A stretch of 64,000 nucleotides of DNA from Hemiscyllium ocellatum (lineage: Eukaryota), in NCBI RefSeq assembly GCF_020745735.1, contig NC_083432.1:35612533-35676532 (forward strand), in the 5' to 3' direction. The notes under the pieces are model-generated. The model did not search any database and was not told the origin of the DNA. It saw only the letters and a program-made list of their open reading frames with translations. The first letter of the stretch is position 1; the number at the start of each line of letters is the position of its first letter. Positions 62,270 through 64,000 of the stretch are shown piece by piece. The position numbers were made by a program, and so were the translations under genes.

Positions 62270-62560
62270 ATCACTACTGTTGCCCTGCAGCACCAAGGTC
62301 CCAGGTTCAAGTTCAGCCTTGGACGAGTGTGTGGAGTTTGTACATTCTCCCCGTGTCTGCGTGGTTTTCCTCCGGGTGCTCTCCTTTCCTCCCACAGTCC
62401 AAAGATGTGCATGTCAGGTGAATTGGCCATGCTGAATTGCCCATAGTGTTAGGTGCATTAGTCAGAGGGAAATGGGCCTGGGTGGGTTACTCTTCGGAGG
62501 GTCGGTGTGGACTTGTTGGGCAGAAGGGCCTGTTTCCACACTGTAGGGAAACTAATCTAA
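62270..62560 (+). mobile_element. HE1-like SINE
   Basis: Homologous to 45119-45415. Confidence 0.8.
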
Positions 62561-62948
62561 TAAAACACCTCTGATGATACAGGAAGGTTGGTAACACTGT
62601 GGTCCTTTAGATCATGAGTCTTGTGTCAGATTTGAGGTGTTTGTCATCAAACACCCTGTGCGTCAAACAGCCAAAGGCCATGCATTTTATTGGTATTACC
62701 ATTTGGTCAGTGGCTTCACAATTTTTATTTTAGAAACTTGGCATATAGCAAGATCTTGAACTGTTGCTTATTTTTAGGATTGCTTCCGTTTGAGGAATGG
62801 TACAAAGCATGTGACAAGATTAAAACAAAATTTGAATAAAATGACAACAATTAGTTTTCTTTTCATGGCATAATTTGTATGTTTGATTTTGCTATTTCAA
62901 TCTGAAAATTTTCCAACAAAGAATTTGTTGAGGCTGCCTACTGAGGAA

Positions 62949-63186
62949 ATAGGAGAAAGTGAGGACTGCAGATGCTGGAGATCAGAGTGTGGCAGATGCT
63001 GGAGATTAGAGTGTGGTGCTGGAAAAGCACAGCAGATCAGGCAGCATCTGAGGAGCAGGAGAGTCAACGTTTCAGGCATAAGTTCTACATCAGGAATCTG
63101 ATGAAGAGAGTATGCACAAAATGTCGACTCTCCTACTGCTTGGATACTGCCTGACCTGCTGTGCTTTTCCAGCACCACACTCTCGA
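62949..63186. mobile_element. Penelope-like family-1 fold-back insertion with TSD
   Basis: TSD CTACTGAGGAA at 62938-62948 and 63187-63197; arms meet at CATCAGGAAT|CTGATGAAG; internal duplication of GCAGATGCTGGAGAT.AGAGTGTG. Confidence 0.8.
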
Positions 63187-63866
63187 CTACTGAGGAATTA
63201 AGCTTGCAAATAAATTTGTTCAATTTCTTATAACAGACCAACTATGGGACAATCTAATTTAGGGTAGGAAATCATGTGGAATACATTGGGCCCACTTTGG
63301 TTATAACTGCAGCATCATTGCAGAAGGCGGAAACATTGTATAATTATTCCAGGGATAAAAATATAGGCTGCACTAGGATGTGTTGTTTTGCTATTTAGGA
63401 CAAGCTGAAACCTTTAAAACCACACAAGGTCTACAAATACATTCTGAGCTCAATACAAAGTTAGCTACAAAGTGAGTGTTAACAGGAAAAACAAGAAATG
63501 ACAGACAGCTGTCAGTTGCACCTGCAGCAAAGTTTTACATTTCAAAATTGACTTCCAAAGTTGCACAGACTCAAAACATACAGACGATGACTGAAACATT
63601 TAGCTCTCCATTCTAGAGATCTCTTTTGAAAACAATGCCAATTACTTATGGATGCAAACACGATTATACTCCTTTTGATTTGTAATATATTAGCATACCA
63701 TGTTCAGTTGGTGATTACCCACTTAAGTGTGCTACAGGTTATAAGGAAGCACCTTACACATGACGAGGGAGTGAAGGGCTCTGAGGAACAGGCTGGAAAG
63801 TGGAATTGAGACCGCCAGTCAATCAGTGATAATTTTACTGAATGGTGGAGCAGCCTCAGTTTGCCA

Positions 63867-64000
63867 AATTTGAGCTATGGGGAAAGGCTGAACAGGCTGG
63901 GGCTGTTTTCCCTGGATCTTCGGAGGCTGAGGTGTGACATTATAGAGATTTACAAAATTATGAGGGGCATGGATAGGATAAATAGACAAAGTCTTTTCCC
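63867..64000 (+). mobile_element. CR1/HER1-like fragment running off the window end
   Basis: [38 protein letters not shown]. Confidence 0.8.

Overview
Vertebrate genomic DNA, AT-rich and CpG-depleted. The repeat content (HE1-like SINEs, HER1/CR1-like LINEs, Rex1, L1, Penelope-like elements) points to a cartilaginous fish, probably a shark (inference). The window holds three intact five-exon glucose-6-phosphatase (G6PC1-type) genes: A (- strand, 15608-19873), B (+, 28112-40110) and C (+, 56557-61211). A and B are head-to-head. Exons 1-4 are 230/110/106/116 nt and exon 5 is 512-515 nt, with GT-AG introns and all catalytic residues present. The paralogs are nearly identical in exon 1 and the exon-5 core but only about 72-85% identical in most exon 2-4 comparisons. 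Their introns are largely unalignable and the closest partner switches along the gene, which indicates exon-restricted gene conversion. The intervening DNA is dominated by nested retroelements: a full-length L1 with TSD inside a CR1, a near full-length CR1 in intron 4 of B, a CR1 inside a Rex1, and a Tigger-like MITE. More than a dozen Penelope-like remnants from three families carry minimal hammerhead-ribozyme motifs, several as small fold-back insertions with TSDs. All counts were made by eye.
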